Assembly (NCBI GenBank): GCA_963794235.1
Contig: CAWCCP010000011.1
Span: forward strand, 25,490-89,489
Direction of reading: 5' to 3'
Source: an uncultured bacterium
GTDB lineage: Bacteria; Patescibacteriota; Saccharimonadia; Saccharimonadales; UBA4665
DNA length: 64,000 nt
Shown: positions 8,320 through 17,799 of the stretch, one piece after another
How positions within the stretch are numbered: position 1 is the first letter of the stretch
Layout of the letters: the number at the start of each line of letters is the position of its first letter
Position numbers and translations under genes: made by a program
The notes under the pieces: model-generated
Database searches by the model: none
What the model saw: only the letters and a program-made list of their open reading frames with translations
What the model was told of the DNA's origin: nothing

Positions 8320-10002
8320 CTACACGATCGCACCATGACACTTCTTATACTTCTTACCACTTCCACACGGACAAGGTTCATTACGCCCAATCTTCTCCCC
8401 GGTTTGCAGAGAAAAAGCTGTTAATTTATCATTAGTGGGTTCCCGCGTGCTAAAATCTAGTCCAAGCGACAATACGAAATTTTCATAAGCAAAAAGCTCG
8501 TGATATTTGTTCTCTTGTCTGAGTAAATCTTCGGTAGGCTTCTGACCGGCTTTCCGCCGCTCTTTTGCTTCACTCAGTCGTCTTGACTCAAGTGAACGAT
8601 CAATTTGTTCCGCCTCTTTCTGCGTCTGTTTATAACCATGTTTATCGCCGAGGTTCTCGTAAGCTGCTAGCAGGTAATCCTCTAGGCACTGCAGCGGCCA
8701 TTCATCTGGCTCAAGTTCGCCAGCAAGCACCCTGTCCCAGACTGTATGACTTACCCCGATTGTCTTGTGGTCTTCGCCAGTCTCCAGCAAGCCGCGGGCA
8801 ATTCCCATAGCCATCATTTGACTGTGCTCTGGATAACGCTTGAGTAACTGCTCTAATTGATACTGCCAATTCGTATCTGCAGCAATTCGCCTAATCACAT
8901 CAGCTACCGCAAAGTCTGGGAAAAAGCCGCTGGCCAGACCGGCTTCAGCAATAGTGAGCATGTGTTCCGCAACACCCGATTGCCGAAGCACCTCATACGC
9001 TAACAAATCATGAATAGTAGCCCGCAAATTTGCAACCTCATGAGGATATTTCTGATATGTTTCAAAGACCGCTTTGTCAGCTTGCTCAAAAGCCCAGGCT
9101 AAGCGCTCTATGGTAGAGAAATAGAGGCTGCTGTCGGGCTCAACATCTTCCAGATCTAAAACGATTGACATAAAAGTCTCTATGAGCGGCCGGGTAATCA
9201 AGCGATCCCACAGCACCTCGCAGGCGGCATAGAGATAATCATCATCAACTTCTTTAATGCCAGATGCTCGTGCTTTAACTTTGTCAACGACAGCTTCGAT
9301 AGTATCTTTAACCGGACGGCCGATGGTTTTGAACTCTATCTCACCAAGCTTAATACCCATTTTGGCCAACTTTTTTAGAATATGCTCGGTCGATGTGGTC
9401 TCTAGATCTTTAGACGATACAAAATCAAAACGCGGGTTGTCTGCAAGCTTGCGCAGGCTATATTGCAAAAAGTCACCCCGTAGAGCCTGTTCTTGTAGCT
9501 TTTGTCCGAAACTATATTGCGGATTTAAACGCAGCGCGATGTTTAGCGCTGCTTCGCCCAGTAGCAAATTACCATTAAGATATGCCGTTGATGCAACATT
9601 ACCAAACAAACGATAGGGTTCGGCGAGGATCATGCGTTCATCCAGAGCCATCTGCAACGTCTGCAGCCAGAGTGTCTCGCTTTCTTCCGCGTTACCGCGG
9701 CGTAGCGCAGCATCGGCTGCCATCGACATTTCAACGATGAATGTCGGATCTATGGTATGTAACATAGCTCCGCTCAAGGCCGATCTATCTGTTGCGACTG
9801 GCTTAGCGGCTTGAAGGATATTGTCAATCTCTGACGGTTTAATATTGAGACTGGCTGCCATGCTAATCAAAACCGATAACCAAAGAGGTGCCTTGTCGGC
9901 ACTGGCCGTATCCATTTGACGCCACCGCTCCAAATCCTCAGCCGTCAATATGCTTTCAAGCTGTGTACCACGAATTGCGTCGTTGATTGCTTTAGTATTC
10001 AT
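8320..10002 (-). CDS. SEC-C motif domain protein
   Basis: C-terminal [14 protein letters not shown] matches the SEC-C zinc-binding motif, and the body is helical-repeat-like. The preferred start is MNTK at 10002, preceded by GGAGGA. The track ORF extends further upstream, overlapping the next gene. Confidence 0.6.
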   Translation of the reverse strand: MNTKAINDAIRGTQLESILTAEDLERWRQMDTASADKAPLWLSVLISMAASLNIKPSEIDNILQAAKPVATDRSALSGAMLHTIDPTFIVEMSMAADAALRRGNAEESETLWLQTLQMALDERMILAEPYRLFGNVASTAYLNGNLLLGEAALNIALRLNPQYSFGQKLQEQALRGDFLQYSLRKLADNPRFDFVSSKDLETTSTEHILKKLAKMGIKLGEIEFKTIGRPVKDTIEAVVDKVKARASGIKEVDDDYLYAACEVLWDRLITRPLIETFMSIVLDLEDVEPDSSLYFSTIERLAWAFEQADKAVFETYQKYPHEVANLRATIHDLLAYEVLRQSGVAEHMLTIAEAGLASGFFPDFAVADVIRRIAADTNWQYQLEQLLKRYPEHSQMMAMGIARGLLETGEDHKTIGVSHTVWDRVLAGELEPDEWPLQCLEDYLLAAYENLGDKHGYKQTQKEAEQIDRSLESRRLSEAKERRKAGQKPTEDLLRQENKYHELFAYENFVLSLGLDFSTREPTNDKLTAFSLQTGEKIGRNEPCPCGSGKKYKKCHGAIV

Positions 10003-10018
10003 TAACGAATCCTCCATA

Positions 10019-10660
10019 TTATTCCAGATATAGCTTAAAGGATTTCTTGCCATCAATAACTTGTAGCACCGATCCATCGCCAAAAGGGCTGCCGTCAGGC
10101 ATGGTAGAGAACGTATCGATGCACCACACTCCATGTTTAACTTCATAACAGGTATCGGAAGGGGTGTGCCCGAATACTTGAGGTATATTTTTGTATGTAA
10201 TACTGCCGCCAGGTCGTGCCCAAAGAGGGCTTGTATCATTCCACAGGCCACTCACGTCTTCTGCACCAGACCACTCGTTAGCTATGCCAGCGTGAGAATA
10301 AGTAACGCCATCAATTTCGATAATAACAGGCAAGCTAGTAAGCCATTCTTTCAGGTTTTTATTTTCTGGGGCGTCAATTAAAACGTGTGTAATCGGGTTG
10401 TAGCCAGATTGCAATGAAGGTGTATCATTGACATATATGTAGTCGTGATTACCTGTAACGAGCTCAACTTTGCCTTGGTTTTTAGTCTGCAGATCTTTTA
10501 GAGTGTTCCAGGTGTTCAGGGTATCTTGCGGACTAGCGCTAAAGTCGTCTGCATAATCACCACAGAAAATAACTCTATCGTAGTCGCCGATGACTTTAGC
10601 GACTTTCTCAATAATCCAGATCTTCGTGTGAACGTCACCAATTGCTAGTACTTTTGCCAT
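10019..10660 (-). CDS. metallophosphoesterase (calcineurin-like, PP-lambda/ApaH type)
   Basis: Motifs GDVH, CGDYADD and GNHD occur in canonical order. 213 aa. Confidence 0.75.
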   Translation of the reverse strand: MAKVLAIGDVHTKIWIIEKVAKVIGDYDRVIFCGDYADDFSASPQDTLNTWNTLKDLQTKNQGKVELVTGNHDYIYVNDTPSLQSGYNPITHVLIDAPENKNLKEWLTSLPVIIEIDGVTYSHAGIANEWSGAEDVSGLWNDTSPLWARPGGSITYKNIPQVFGHTPSDTCYEVKHGVWCIDTFSTMPDGSPFGDGSVLQVIDGKKSFKLYLE

Positions 10661-10675
10661 GCCAACAGTATATAG

Positions 10676-11026
10676 CTAGTCGTGCTGACTGTGCAGTTTT
10701 CGTATGCGCTGCCGTACTGACTCTTGATACTGCGCAGGGTTCTGCATCTGGTGATAGGCACGAACAGCAATCACCTCAAAATGATTGTCATCCACAAGAT
10801 ACACAATCGCTACTTTATGATTTTCCATCTGAACTTTGCGCACATCCGGATCGTCTTTGAATACGGCATTGGTTCGTGGCAAGTTTTCCAAGTTCGCTAC
10901 GGTTTCCATAGCTTCATCAAAAAACTTCACCGCTGATTCAGCATCCACCAGCTCTTCGTAAAATGCCATTAGCTCGGCAATATCGTTCTCGGCATCTTCT
11001 GTAAGATTGACGCTATACTTTTGCAC
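10676..11026 (-). CDS. type II toxin, ParE/RelE family
   Basis: 116 aa with a GTG start and ParE-like sequence (DAENDIAEL...FEVIAVRAYHQ). It overlaps a small upstream ORF. Confidence 0.65.
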   Translation of the reverse strand: MQKYSVNLTEDAENDIAELMAFYEELVDAESAVKFFDEAMETVANLENLPRTNAVFKDDPDVRKVQMENHKVAIVYLVDDNHFEVIAVRAYHQMQNPAQYQESVRQRIRKLHSQHD

Positions 11027-11180
11027 CAGTAAGTTCCTGATATTTCTTTAGAATATCTTTCTTGGCCTGGCTGAGCGGTATACGGTTTTTAGGATTTTTA
11101 GCAAGTTTAATGCGTCGTTCCAACTCAATTAAGAATTCTGGGCTGTTTTCATCTACATTAATAACTCTGCTATTTTTCAT
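11013..11180 (-). CDS. putative cognate antitoxin (55 aa)
   Basis: Own translation: MKNSRVINVDENSPEFLIELERRIKLAKNPKNRIPLSQAKKDILKKYQELTGAKV*. It overlaps the toxin start by 14 nt. Confidence 0.45.
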   Translation of the reverse strand: MKNSRVINVDENSPEFLIELERRIKLAKNPKNRIPLSQAKKDILKKYQELTGAKV

Positions 11181-11287
11181 ACTTTTATTTTACCACATAT
11201 CATGCATAAAATATACGCAAAAATTTGACAAATAACAGGTGTAAGCTAAGGTAAAGCGAGCCCAATATTTAGGCGGTAATTGAGTTT

Positions 11288-11318
11288 GGTGCGAATCCAG
11301 TTTGGGGAGCCATAAGCA
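11288..11318 (+). repeat. cassette-boundary repeat (GGTGCGAATCCAGTT...GAGCCATAAGCA)
   Basis: The core GAGCCATAAGCA at 11307-11318 is shared with 14873, 15637 and 16649. The left part GGTGCGAATCCAGTT matches 6729-6743 at 14 of 15 positions. Confidence 0.7.
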
Positions 11319-11338
11319 CTATACAAATATCACTTTTT

Positions 11339-11725
11339 GTGGTATTATTTAGTTTTATGCCTGATTTTGAAATTGTTGGAGTGCCAGACCATAGCTATGC
11401 TCATTGGTTTCTAGACGCTAGTGCTAAGCGCGGCATGACTGAAGTACGAGTAGTTACTGCCTGGGGTCCAAAACTTGCTCAAATTGACAACTACAGACTA
11501 GCCCAGGAAACTACTCCAGACGATGTTGAATATATTTTTGGGGGCACTCTAGGTAGATTCGCAGTAACTGGAATGGCACATAGTTTGGATCAGAGCGGCA
11601 GTTTGCATATTGAGGTTGATGAAACGGATGAGCCTGAACTACTCCTACTTCTCAAGAAAGATGCTCCTTTGACGCCTGATGAATGGTTTTTTGGATGGGA
11701 TGCTCAGCAGCCACATCAGGACTAA
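11339..11725 (+). CDS. hypothetical protein
   Basis: 128-aa ORF (GTG; alternative ATG at 11357). No recognisable motif. Confidence 0.4.
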   Translation: MVLFSFMPDFEIVGVPDHSYAHWFLDASAKRGMTEVRVVTAWGPKLAQIDNYRLAQETTPDDVEYIFGGTLGRFAVTGMAHSLDQSGSLHIEVDETDEPELLLLLKKDAPLTPDEWFFGWDAQQPHQD

Positions 11726-11760
11726 TTTTAAGGCTGCGAAGTACTTCCACTACGTAAGAC

Positions 11761-12024
11761 ATGAGTAGTGATATAATTAAGAACATGCAAAGTCTTAGTG
11801 ATGACGAACGAAAACAAGTGCTAGGGGAAGTTTTAGCTGATGAGCTAAAAGCAATTCATGAGCTAGTTAAAGATGTGCCTTCTATTAAGCAAGATGTTCA
11901 AGTTCTCAAAGAGGATGTAAGTGAGCTTAAATCAGATGTGAAAATCATAAAGGCTGCTGTCACTGATTTAAGCAAACAAGTAAACGATCATGAACAACGC
12001 ATAACTCACCTTGAAGCAGCATAA
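11761..12024 (+). CDS. hypothetical coiled-coil protein
   Basis: 87 aa, heptad-rich (VQVLKEDVSELKSDVKIIKAAV). Confidence 0.5.
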   Translation: MSSDIIKNMQSLSDDERKQVLGEVLADELKAIHELVKDVPSIKQDVQVLKEDVSELKSDVKIIKAAVTDLSKQVNDHEQRITHLEAA

Positions 12025-12091
12025 CCGCCTAAATATACTGTAACCCAATTAAATCCTGCTTTATTACGGTTATAACTTCCTCTATTGTGGG

Positions 12092-12103
12092 GAGCCAAGA
12101 TTA
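12092..12103 (+). repeat. cassette-boundary core variant GAGCCAAGATTA
   Basis: GGGGAGCCA, as at 11304-11312 and 15994-16002. It is followed by the terminator hairpin. Confidence 0.5.
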
Positions 12104-12114
12104 GAGCTGATATT

Positions 12115-12140
12115 AACAGAGGTAATTGCCTCTGTTTTTC
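12115..12140 (+). terminator. rho-independent terminator
   Basis: AACAGAGG-TAATTG-CCTCTGTT followed by TTTTC. Confidence 0.6.
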
Positions 12141-12192
12141 ATTTTGGGATACCAGGGTGGCACTTGTTAGAACTTTTGCTATGATTAGTCAC

Positions 12193-12312
12193 ATGAAACG
12201 GGTTGCTATTATCGGCTCACCTGGCACCGGCAAATCAACATTTGCGAAACGGCTTGCACAACAAGTTGGATTACCACTCATACATCTCGATTACTTGTAT
12301 ATTACCCAGTAG
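12193..12312 (+). pseudogene. N-terminal fragment of topology-modulation/adenylate-kinase-like P-loop protein (FlaR-like)
   Basis: [36 protein letters not shown] then a premature stop. The rest of the protein resumes at 14406. Confidence 0.7.
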
Positions 12313-13658
12313 CCTTAACAGATTGCTAAGGCTACAATGAGCGTGTACGGAGGACAACCAGTTTCGATTATTGAGGGACCTTTATATAGGTTATTTCCTG
12401 TCGTAGTTTGTTGCTTCCGAAACACTTGGTGGTAACCAGCAATAATGAGGTTATTGAGAAAAACCTTGGCATTTTATCCCTGTTCCGAACGTTGAGATCG
12501 ATCTAAGAACAAAGGGTACCAAGGCTTTTCTACAGTCAATAACGAACAAGTCTATGGTATCACCGAGGCACCTTCATTGGAAGCGATGCCACCGTACCCA
12601 ATACTAAGCTTTTGACCATGGTTCTGTTCAGTAGAGCCAGAGGGGGTGTTTGTTATGACCAAAAATACGTATGTGCTTGGCTGCGACGTATCCAAGCTAA
12701 GAATTGATGTCGCTCTGCTTGATGGGTACGGTAAAGTGCAGTGGCACGACATTGTGCCGAATGAAGTTACTGAGTTCACGGCTTATTTGTTGACGCTTCA
12801 AGGCAACTATCCCGAGACCGAGATAGAATGCGCCGTTGAAGCCACCGGACCCTATCACTATGCATTACTCGATGCTTGCCAGCATGCAGGCATACCCTGC
12901 CGGGCATTCAACCCCATTATGACCAAAGACCAGTCGAGCGTTCGAGGGAAGAAGACAGACAAGATTGACGCCATTAAGATCGCTCGCGTTGGTATGAATG
13001 GAGAGGTACCAATTTGGCGTCCTGAGCCGTATCTGACAGCAAAGACTCTGGCCCGTTCCATGCAAAAGTTGCGGAAGCTAAGCCTCTCATTAAACGCTCA
13101 CTGTAATTACCTTACGGAAACAGCCGCATTGGCTATACCGGACAGTGCCACGAAAGTAATTGAAGACATTAGGGTGTCAATTACTACTGCACATGAGCAG
13201 CTTTTTGCCGAACTTATACAAAGCACGCAAGGCAAGACCTACCAGCTATTACAGACTATTCCCGGTGTCGGTCCAATTACCGCGACCAGCGTTATTGCCG
13301 AGATTCAGGACATGAAACGCTTCACAAAAGCCTGTCGGTTGGTCGCCTATGCCGGTCTTGACTTTCCAGTTAAACAGAGTGGCGAAACATCGAGACGTGG
13401 CAAACATCTGACCAAGCGTGGCTCAAGTCACTTAAGGCGAAGCCTGTTCGTAGCCGCCAGCGTAGCTCGGCAACACGACCCATATTTCCGGTCGGTCTAC
13501 GAAAAGAAACTGAGGCGAGGGCAAGACATACAAGGCTGCGGTCATTGCCGTGGAGCGGAAACTGTTACTGGTAATACGGGCAGTGTGGCTGAGTGGTAAG
13601 GCGTATAACGGAGATTTGTTGCTCAAGGAAGCACCTTAATGAGCTTCAGATGGCTCGA
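12313..13658 (+). mobile_element. IS110-family insertion sequence (ends approximate)
   Basis: Higher-GC block inside the split kinase gene, comprising a 333-nt non-coding 5' region and a DEDD-type IS110 transposase. No terminal inverted repeats were seen, as is typical for this family. Confidence 0.7.
12646..13639 (+). CDS. IS110-family transposase (apparent frameshift near 13515-13520)
   Basis: LGCDVSK, EATGPYH, KTDKIDA, IPGVGPITA and KQSGE...G.HLTKRGSSHLR motifs. The expected C-terminus GKTYKAAVIAVERKLLLVIRAVW...* is read in the +1 frame and ends at 13639. Confidence 0.8.
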
Positions 13659-14130
13659 TTAGGAACTAGGAGTTGGCGATGGCTGACTAGACATAGCAAT
13701 TTGTGCCAGTGTGAGAATCTCGATCCCTGAAGCGGTAACTTCTGCGCCATTTTTAGTACGCTCCATCTGTATCTGTTGCCCACCAGGATTAGAGTCATCT
13801 GTATTGTACGTGTAGCCAATTTCGTAATACTTCTTGTCCATCGGCTGCTTTCGGGGCTTTTCCTGAACCCAGAAGCTCGATGCTAGACGGCGAATTGTAG
13901 GTGTTTGAGGAGCCCCTACAGTCAACATCTACCGTTCCCATGTCTCCTTCTGGAGATACGCCATTGATTAAATCTATATCTAGGCGCGTACCTGTTGGAC
14001 ATGTAACGCCGACATTCCATTCTCCGCTAACATTGTGTCCAACAACACTGCTACAGCCCGCAGCGCCAAGCGCCATCGCTGTCAAAGAAGCTACGGCTAC
14101 TGGCCCTCTCCATCCTTCAAGTTTATTCAT
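13659..14130 (-). CDS. putative lipoprotein, split into two overlapping frames (13795-14130 and 13659-13928)
   Basis: The N-terminus has a lipobox-like LGAAGCSS. The two track ORFs overlap in different frames around G/T runs at ~13850-13870. GC-rich like the IS. Confidence 0.4.
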
Positions 14131-14230
14131 CTCGCTACCTCAGTTATTTATGGACATTACATTAACATGTTGCCAGTCCTAGGTCAAGTTTGACTCTGGA
14201 CGACGTGCCAGTGACAGTAAATTCTAATAA

Positions 14231-14261
14231 CTATTTGACATTGATATATGAGGCTATGACC
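14231..14261 (+). repeat. 31-nt direct repeat, copy 1
   Basis: CTATTTGACATTGATATATGAGGCTATGACC versus 14386-14416 CTACTTGACATAGATATATGAGGCTACTACC, matching at 27 of 31 positions. Confidence 0.7.
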
Positions 14262-14385
14262 TTAACATCACACTGATCAAAGGCTTCACCACCTCTGTCT
14301 CTTTTAAACATACTAATACTATAGCATATTAGAGTTATTCTATCAACAATCCCGTATTTTCGACCCCATTTGGCGTGTGCTTGTC

Positions 14386-14416
14386 TACTTGACATAGATA
14401 TATGAGGCTACTACCA
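14386..14416 (+). repeat. 31-nt direct repeat, copy 2, at the resumption point of the split kinase gene
   Basis: See 14231-14261. It also contains ACTTG...TATAT...TACC, echoing the left junction GATTACTTGTATATTACCC at 12290-12308. Confidence 0.7.
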
Positions 14417-14816
14417 TGATAAGCAACAGGACTATTACACAAACAAAGAAGGCTGGCGTACTAAAGCGGATGGCTTCACAAATGCCGATAGCTGGATTAT
14501 AGACGGTAATTTTGGTGCAACTATGGCAAAACGTTTTGAACAGGCAGACACTACCTTCTATTTCAATATGCCAACATGCATTGCTCTTAAGGGTGTGGTG
14601 AGGCGTTGGCTGACAGCCAATCATTCTGACCGACCAGAAATGCCCGATGACTGGCAAGAGAAACCAAGCTTCTCATTCTTTTGGAGAGTACTTTGGTTCC
14701 GCCACCACTACGCTTCTGGCACACAACAATTACTTGCAGATAATAAAGATAAGACAATCATTATCTTTAGAAGTCGTAAACAAATTGCTACATATCTGAG
14801 TACGGGTACTAATTAA
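14406..14816 (+). pseudogene. C-terminal fragment of FlaR-like P-loop kinase
   Basis: The frame is open from 14406: ...YYHDKQQDYYTNKEGWRTKADGFTNADSWIIDGNFGATMAKRFEQADTTFYFNMP... This matches the core and lid region expected after the 12193-12312 fragment. Confidence 0.7.
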
Positions 14817-14872
14817 CGCGCTCATACAGTCATTATCTCGCAAATCGCAGTTCTAACATCCATCACTACAAC

Positions 14873-14884
14873 GAGCCATAAGCA
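14873..14884 (+). repeat. cassette-boundary core GAGCCATAAGCA
   Basis: Exact 12-mer shared with 11307, 15637 and 16649. Confidence 0.65.
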
Positions 14885-14923
14885 GTACTTGACTTACTAA
14901 CCAAAGTGTATACAATAGTTAGT

Positions 14924-15205
14924 ATGAGTACAGTACTAAATGTAAAGATTGATCCCGATCTAAAGAAGAGGGCTCAGAGCGTCGCAAAAGAGCTTGGCTT
15001 GCCTATGAGCATTGTTATAGCCGCCGGGCTACGGGAATTCGTCAATACCCGCAGTATCACCATTTCTGATTCGCCAAGACTAACTCCAGAAATTGAAACC
15101 GAACTTCTGGAGTTATCGAAGAAAGCGAGAGCGGGTAAGCTCGACGACTTCTCTCCAGCCTTCAAGAGTATAGAAGAAAGCTTTACTTGGCTTGATTCAA
15201 AATGA
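14924..15205 (+). CDS. RelB/DinJ-family antitoxin
   Basis: MSTVLNVKIDPDLKKRAQSVAKELGLPMSIVIAAGLREF is a typical ribbon-helix-helix DinJ N-terminus. It overlaps the downstream toxin by 4 nt. Confidence 0.75.
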   Translation: MSTVLNVKIDPDLKKRAQSVAKELGLPMSIVIAAGLREFVNTRSITISDSPRLTPEIETELLELSKKARAGKLDDFSPAFKSIEESFTWLDSK

Positions 15206-15462
15206 TCATCAGATACAGCAAAAAATTTAAGAAACAATACGAAAAGCTTTCTCCCAAATTACAGCAAAAAACGAAGAATGTTATCAGCCTATGGTCAACC
15301 AACCCCGCTGATGAATCGCTAAGATTACATCAGCTTAGTGGTAAGTTAAAGCGATTTTATAGCATAGACATTACTGGTGACGTTAGAGCACTATATGAGG
15401 TCATTGACGATGAAGTATACCTTTATCAGATGATCGGTACTCATTCTCAGCTTTACGGTTAG
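15202..15462 (+). CDS. YafQ/RelE-family mRNA interferase toxin
   Basis: 86 aa. The LHQLSGKLKRFYSIDITGDVRALY...IGTHSQLY pattern is characteristic of YafQ/RelE toxins. Confidence 0.8.
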   Translation: MIIRYSKKFKKQYEKLSPKLQQKTKNVISLWSTNPADESLRLHQLSGKLKRFYSIDITGDVRALYEVIDDEVYLYQMIGTHSQLYG

Positions 15463-15513
15463 CGACGTAAGGCATTAATTCTGCTAGCGCACTTCTCGTT
15501 AGTTAGCCTAGCG

Positions 15514-15648
15514 TTATTTCGAGCCACACTTGTCTTCGTCGCTAGATTCAAACAGCTGGCGGATTTGTTGAGCTTCCACCTCCTTATTCTTAACGCTATC
15601 CAACTCTTCGAAAGTTTGGAATAAAAACCATTTGCCGAGCCATAAGCA
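15514..15648 (+). repeat. gene 3'-end remnant (minus strand: ...WLGKWFLFQTFEELDSVKNKEVEAQQIRQLFESSDEDKCGSK*) plus core GAGCCATAAGCA
   Basis: One of three copies, the others at 18205-18315 and 19051-19167. A 31-nt block AAAGTTTGGAATAAAAACCATTTGCCGAGCCA is identical in all three. Confidence 0.85.
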
Positions 15649-15677
15649 TTTTGGCCTCTGTTAATCAGAGGTCTTTT
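15649..15677 (+). terminator. hairpin plus T-run
   Basis: GGCCTCTG-TTAAT-CAGAGGTC followed by TTTTT, immediately after the core. Confidence 0.5.
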
Positions 15678-15727
15678 TGATTCAATGACACAAATATGAA
15701 ATGACGTAAACATGTTAAAATAGATCT

Positions 15728-15973
15728 ATGAGTCAAGATGAATTTACCAAGCTATTCAATTACATGGAAAAACGATTTGATAGCATTGACCAAGCACTTG
15801 AAAATAAAGCAGACAAACAAGATGTTCAAAAACTGATTGACGCTATCGATGCGTTTGCGAAACGACAAGAAATTGACGATGAGGAAAGGCTCGTTATGGC
15901 TCACCAGCTCGAAAGGCTCGATAAGTGGGTGCATGAGCTTGCAGATAAAATCGGCGTTTCGCTTTCCGTGTAG
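15728..15973 (+). CDS. hypothetical coiled-coil protein
   Basis: 81-aa ORF filling one cassette. Confidence 0.5.
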   Translation: MSQDEFTKLFNYMEKRFDSIDQALENKADKQDVQKLIDAIDAFAKRQEIDDEERLVMAHQLERLDKWVHELADKIGVSLSV

Positions 15974-16002
15974 TTGCGGAGCTCGTCCACTAGGGGGAGC
16001 CA
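15973..16002 (+). repeat. cassette-boundary repeat GTTGCGGAGCTCGTCCACTAGGGGG + GAGCCA
   Basis: Its 25-nt left flank matches 19823-19847 with 2 mismatches. Confidence 0.75.
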
Positions 16003-16075
16003 GACTTGTTATGGTACAAACTTGAGTAAAGATCCAGTAGGCATTAATACTGCTGGATTTTGTTATGATAGCTAT

Positions 16076-16627
16076 ATGCGAAAAGTATTTCTGTTTATGA
16101 TGACCACTCTTGATGGCTACTTTGAAGGCAAAAACCATGATATCTCGTGGCACAACGTTGATGCCGAGTTTAACACATTTGCCAATGCTCAGCTCGATGA
16201 AGCAGATACACTTATTTTCGGCCATAGAACCTATGAGCTTATGGCGAATTTCTGGCCAACAACTCAAGGCATAGAAGCAGCGCCCGAGACCACTAGCCGG
16301 ATGAATTCACTGCCAAAGATTGTATTTTCTCATCAACCATTTACCCCAGTCTGGAAATCAACAGTGGCGTATACGGATATACGGAAGCTAGCTGATATTA
16401 AACAGCAGCCAGGTAAAGCTATAGCCGTTTTAGGCAGCTCTAATTTATGTGTCTCTTTGCTAGAAGCAGGTTTACTAGAAGAAGTTCGAATCATGGTTAA
16501 CCCGGTAGTCATAGGCAAGGGAACTCCTTTGTTGGCTGGCATTAATACTTCGCATAAGTTCAGCTTCATCGATTCTCGCACCTTTACGAATGGCAATACC
16601 TTACTACGATACAACGTCAACGACTGA
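16076..16627 (+). CDS. dihydrofolate reductase-like (RibD C-terminal domain) family protein
   Basis: MRKVFLFMMTTLDGYFEG...LIFGHRTYELMANFW...VLGSSNL...NPVVIGKG is typical of RibD_C. The start is taken at the internal Met. Confidence 0.7.
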   Translation: MRKVFLFMMTTLDGYFEGKNHDISWHNVDAEFNTFANAQLDEADTLIFGHRTYELMANFWPTTQGIEAAPETTSRMNSLPKIVFSHQPFTPVWKSTVAYTDIRKLADIKQQPGKAIAVLGSSNLCVSLLEAGLLEEVRIMVNPVVIGKGTPLLAGINTSHKFSFIDSRTFTNGNTLLRYNVND

Positions 16628-16648
16628 TTTGTTCAAGACCGTTAGGCT

Positions 16649-16660
16649 GAGCCATAAGCA
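16649..16660 (+). repeat. cassette-boundary core GAGCCATAAGCA
   Basis: GAGCCATAAGCATTTT is a 16-mer identical to 15637-15652. Confidence 0.7.
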
Positions 16661-16714
16661 TTTTAACCTCAGTAAGTAGAGGCCATTTTTATAGGTTTTG
16701 TTATCATTAAGTGA

Positions 16715-17440
16715 ATGAAGAAAATCCTCAACATAGCACATCGCGGAGCTTCTGCGTATGAGCTCGAAAATACGTTCGCAGCTTTCATCAAAGCCATAGA
16801 AATGGGCGCAGATATGATAGAGATGGATTTGCATCTAACAAAAGATGGCGAAATAGTAATCATGCATGATTTTCAGTTACGCCATACCACTGATGGCGCA
16901 GGTCGGATCGAAGACTTAACATATGAAGAAGTACGGCAATTTCACGAGCGAAATAACGAGCAAATACCTATGCTCAAAGAAGTTATCCGTAAAACTTATG
17001 GAGAAATTGGATTATATTGCGAGCTCAAAACTTTCGGCATAGAAGATGTATTTATCAAAACTATTCGTGATTTAAAATATGAGCAATATGTAATTGCTGG
17101 AGGCTTCCTACACCCTGTAGTGAAAGCTGTAAAAGAAAAAGCTCCTCATATTAAAACATCTATTATGGTTGCCGACGTACCTATAAATCCTATAGAAATG
17201 GCTAAAGAAGCCCAGGCTGATTACATTCATCTGTGTTGGGAAGGTCGAGCGGCTCATCCATATGAACTGGTAACGACTGAATACGTTAGCAAAATTCAAG
17301 AAGCAGGATTTGGTGTTATTATCTGGCACGAAGAACATCTAGTACCAATGCGTCATCTCTTTGCAATAGGAATAGATGGTATATGCTCTAACAAGCCTGA
17401 TGTTATAGCTCGTGAGTTAGCGAGGGAGCCTTTCCATTAA
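16715..17440 (+). CDS. glycerophosphodiester phosphodiesterase
   Basis: HRGASAYELENTFAAF...GADMIEMDLHLTKDGEIVIMHD is the GDPD signature. Confidence 0.85.
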   Translation: MKKILNIAHRGASAYELENTFAAFIKAIEMGADMIEMDLHLTKDGEIVIMHDFQLRHTTDGAGRIEDLTYEEVRQFHERNNEQIPMLKEVIRKTYGEIGLYCELKTFGIEDVFIKTIRDLKYEQYVIAGGFLHPVVKAVKEKAPHIKTSIMVADVPINPIEMAKEAQADYIHLCWEGRAAHPYELVTTEYVSKIQEAGFGVIIWHEEHLVPMRHLFAIGIDGICSNKPDVIARELAREPFH

Positions 17441-17526
17441 AATCTGCTTCAAAGTTGTGAAGTATACCCACCGGAGGAAGCCCTAAAAGGTTGACTTTTA
17501 TAATATAAAGTAATAACATTGAAGAT

Positions 17527-17799
17527 ATGAAAACCATAACAGCAAAAGACTTTCAACTTCACCATTCTTCTATCGTTAAAGACGTTGCAAATGGACATGA
17601 ATATGAAGTCACGTTTCACCGCAAGCCTCTTATTAAATTGGTTCCCGTTACGAAGATGCCCACAAAAAACCTTGAACCGGGCAGTCGCGATGCGTTGATT
17701 AAAGCTTTGCAATATACGGCTTCTTCGAAAGGCGATCTTTATGATCTGCCATACAAGCAATTAAGAAGCCGCATGCTAAAGCAAAGATATGGCAGCTAA
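17527..17799 (+). CDS. Phd/YefM-like antitoxin
   Basis: 90 aa. The N-terminus MKTITAKDFQLHHSSIVKDV...EVTFHRKPLIKLVP is typical, and it overlaps the downstream PIN gene. Confidence 0.6.
   Translation: MKTITAKDFQLHHSSIVKDVANGHEYEVTFHRKPLIKLVPVTKMPTKNLEPGSRDALIKALQYTASSKGDLYDLPYKQLRSRMLKQRYGS

Noticed and set aside
10133-10936. Several 60-136-aa antisense track ORFs nested within larger genes (e.g. 8565-8810, 9257-9616, 10133-10381, 10724-10936; similar cases at 21035-21235 and 22109-22519)
   Set aside because: Each lies wholly inside, and opposite to, a longer ORF with recognisable domains. They are treated as shadow ORFs.
15752-16267. 171-aa minus-strand track ORF
   Set aside because: It runs antisense across two + strand cassettes and straight through a boundary repeat. 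It has no motif, and the + strand genes have recognisable products.
16604-16834. 76-aa minus-strand ORF crossing the 16649 core (…LKCLWLSL…)
   Set aside because: It is antisense to the well-supported GDPD gene start. It exists only because the core reverse complement, TGCTTATGGCTC, is open in that frame.
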